Of a DNA stretch of 64,000 nt, positions 63,477 through 64,000 are shown one piece after another. The stretch is taken from assembly GCA_023485545.1 (NCBI GenBank), contig JAMCZI010000005.1, positions 967 through 64,966 of the forward strand, given 5' to 3'. The notes beneath the pieces were generated by a model, which ran no database searches, was not told the origin of the DNA, and worked only from the letters and a program-made list of their open reading frames with translations. The stretch's first letter is position 1, and every line of letters begins with the position of its first letter. The stretch comes from Candidatus Marsarchaeota archaeon. GTDB taxonomy: Archaea > Micrarchaeota > Micrarchaeia > Micrarchaeales > Micrarchaeaceae. The position numbers and the translations under genes are program-made.

Positions 63477-63487
63477 ATGGTGATGTT

Positions 63488-63643
63488 ATGGCGATGGCCA
63501 ACAACAAGGTCGAATGCGTAGTCTGCGGAAACAAGTTCGACTACAGCAGGATAAGCGCTTTTTTTGCGGGTGCGAAGAGCGGCGCAAAGAGGTACATACG
63601 CTGCCCGGTATGCAGGACGTGGGCAAGCTTTACCAAGCCCTAA
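63488..63643 (+). CDS. Small zinc-ribbon protein (51 aa; below ORF-track cutoff)
   Basis: Hand translation: MAMANNKVECVVCGNKFDYSRISAFFAGAKSGAKRYIRCPVCRTWASFTKP, with two CxxC pairs. GGTGA Shine-Dalgarno-like element (63479..63483) lies 4 nt upstream of the ATG. Confidence 0.4.
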   Translation: MAMANNKVECVVCGNKFDYSRISAFFAGAKSGAKRYIRCPVCRTWASFTKP

Positions 63644-64000
63644 TCTGAGAATTTGTCAACTGCTTTTTCCAGTATGAGCCTCCTGAGCTTTTGGGCAGTG
63701 TCTTCCCCGAACCCTTCGAGCCTGATGATATCCAGCTTCCTGTCGGACTTCTTCACGCTGAACTTTTCCCCCTTTTCAAACTTTTTCAGCCTGACTCCGT
63801 CGCATTCGAGGAATCCCTTGTACCTGACTACTACAACTTCTATGCTGCTGCTGTCAGGCACTATGACAGGATTGCGAAGCGGCCCATCTGGGTTGAGGAG
63901 AGTGATGCACAGCGCATCTGGGTCCATTATTATTGGCCCTCCCGCGGCCCTGTTGTACGCTGTTGAGCCTATCGCACTCGTGACTAAGACACCGTCGCCA
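63640..64000 (-). CDS. nadK: NAD kinase (N-terminal part lies beyond the window)
   Basis: The reading frame stays open upstream of the track ORF. Reverse complement of 63928..64000 gives GDGVLVTSAIGSTAYNRAAGGPII, the conserved NAD kinase motif. Confidence 0.8.
   Translation of the reverse strand, partial: GDGVLVTSAIGSTAYNRAAGGPIIMDPDALCITLLNPDGPLRNPVIVPDSSSIEVVVVRYKGFLECDGVRLKKFEKGEKFSVKKSDRKLDIIRLEGFGEDTAQKLRRLILEKAVDKFSD

Noticed and set aside
1-64000. CRISPR arrays, rRNA genes, transposases or IS elements
   Set aside because: Scanning the intergenic regions and ORF translations revealed no regularly spaced direct repeats, no rRNA-like segments, and no DDE, serine or tyrosine recombinase motifs. 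A computational repeat search would be needed to exclude short dispersed repeats.

Overview
Compact archaeal chromosomal segment with very little non-coding DNA; many neighbouring genes abut or overlap by a few nt. Archaeal origin is supported by aIF5B, archaeal-type SAM synthetase, class I CCA-adding enzyme, Trm1, NreA, A/T-rich TATA boxes about 26 nt upstream of start codons, and intron-containing tRNAs with bulge-helix-bulge-like splice sites. A small-genome DPANN/Micrarchaeota-like or Thermoplasmata-like organism is plausible but cannot be proven from sequence alone. Most of the window is housekeeping: HMG-CoA synthase (partial), methyltransferases, glycosyltransferases, NDK, agmatinase, M24/M20/M50 peptidases, MtaB-like methylthiotransferase, beta-CASP RNase, KsgA, MscS and NAD kinase (partial), plus five tRNAs (Gly, Ala, Leu, Thr, Gln). 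The standout is a nine-gene, visibly AT-rich, plus-strand operon at about 14.66-22.08 kb. It encodes a VirB2/TrbC-like small membrane protein, a polytopic VirB6/CedA-like membrane protein, an apparently split VirB4-like ATPase, several small membrane proteins and a second large HerA/FtsK/VirB4-class ATPase. I read this as a candidate minimal type-IV-secretion/Ced/Ted-like DNA-transfer or pilus apparatus with no relaxase or integrase. Other notable items:
- two large proteins with archaeal class III (prepilin-like) signal peptides fused to globular domains
- a 2041-aa surface protein next to a membrane-anchored Lys/Glu-rich protein
- a three-gene RCK array whose membrane subunits lack a K+ selectivity filter
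- a tRNA-Leu with a 13-nt intron in the T-loop

No rRNA, CRISPR array, transposase or integrase was recognised.
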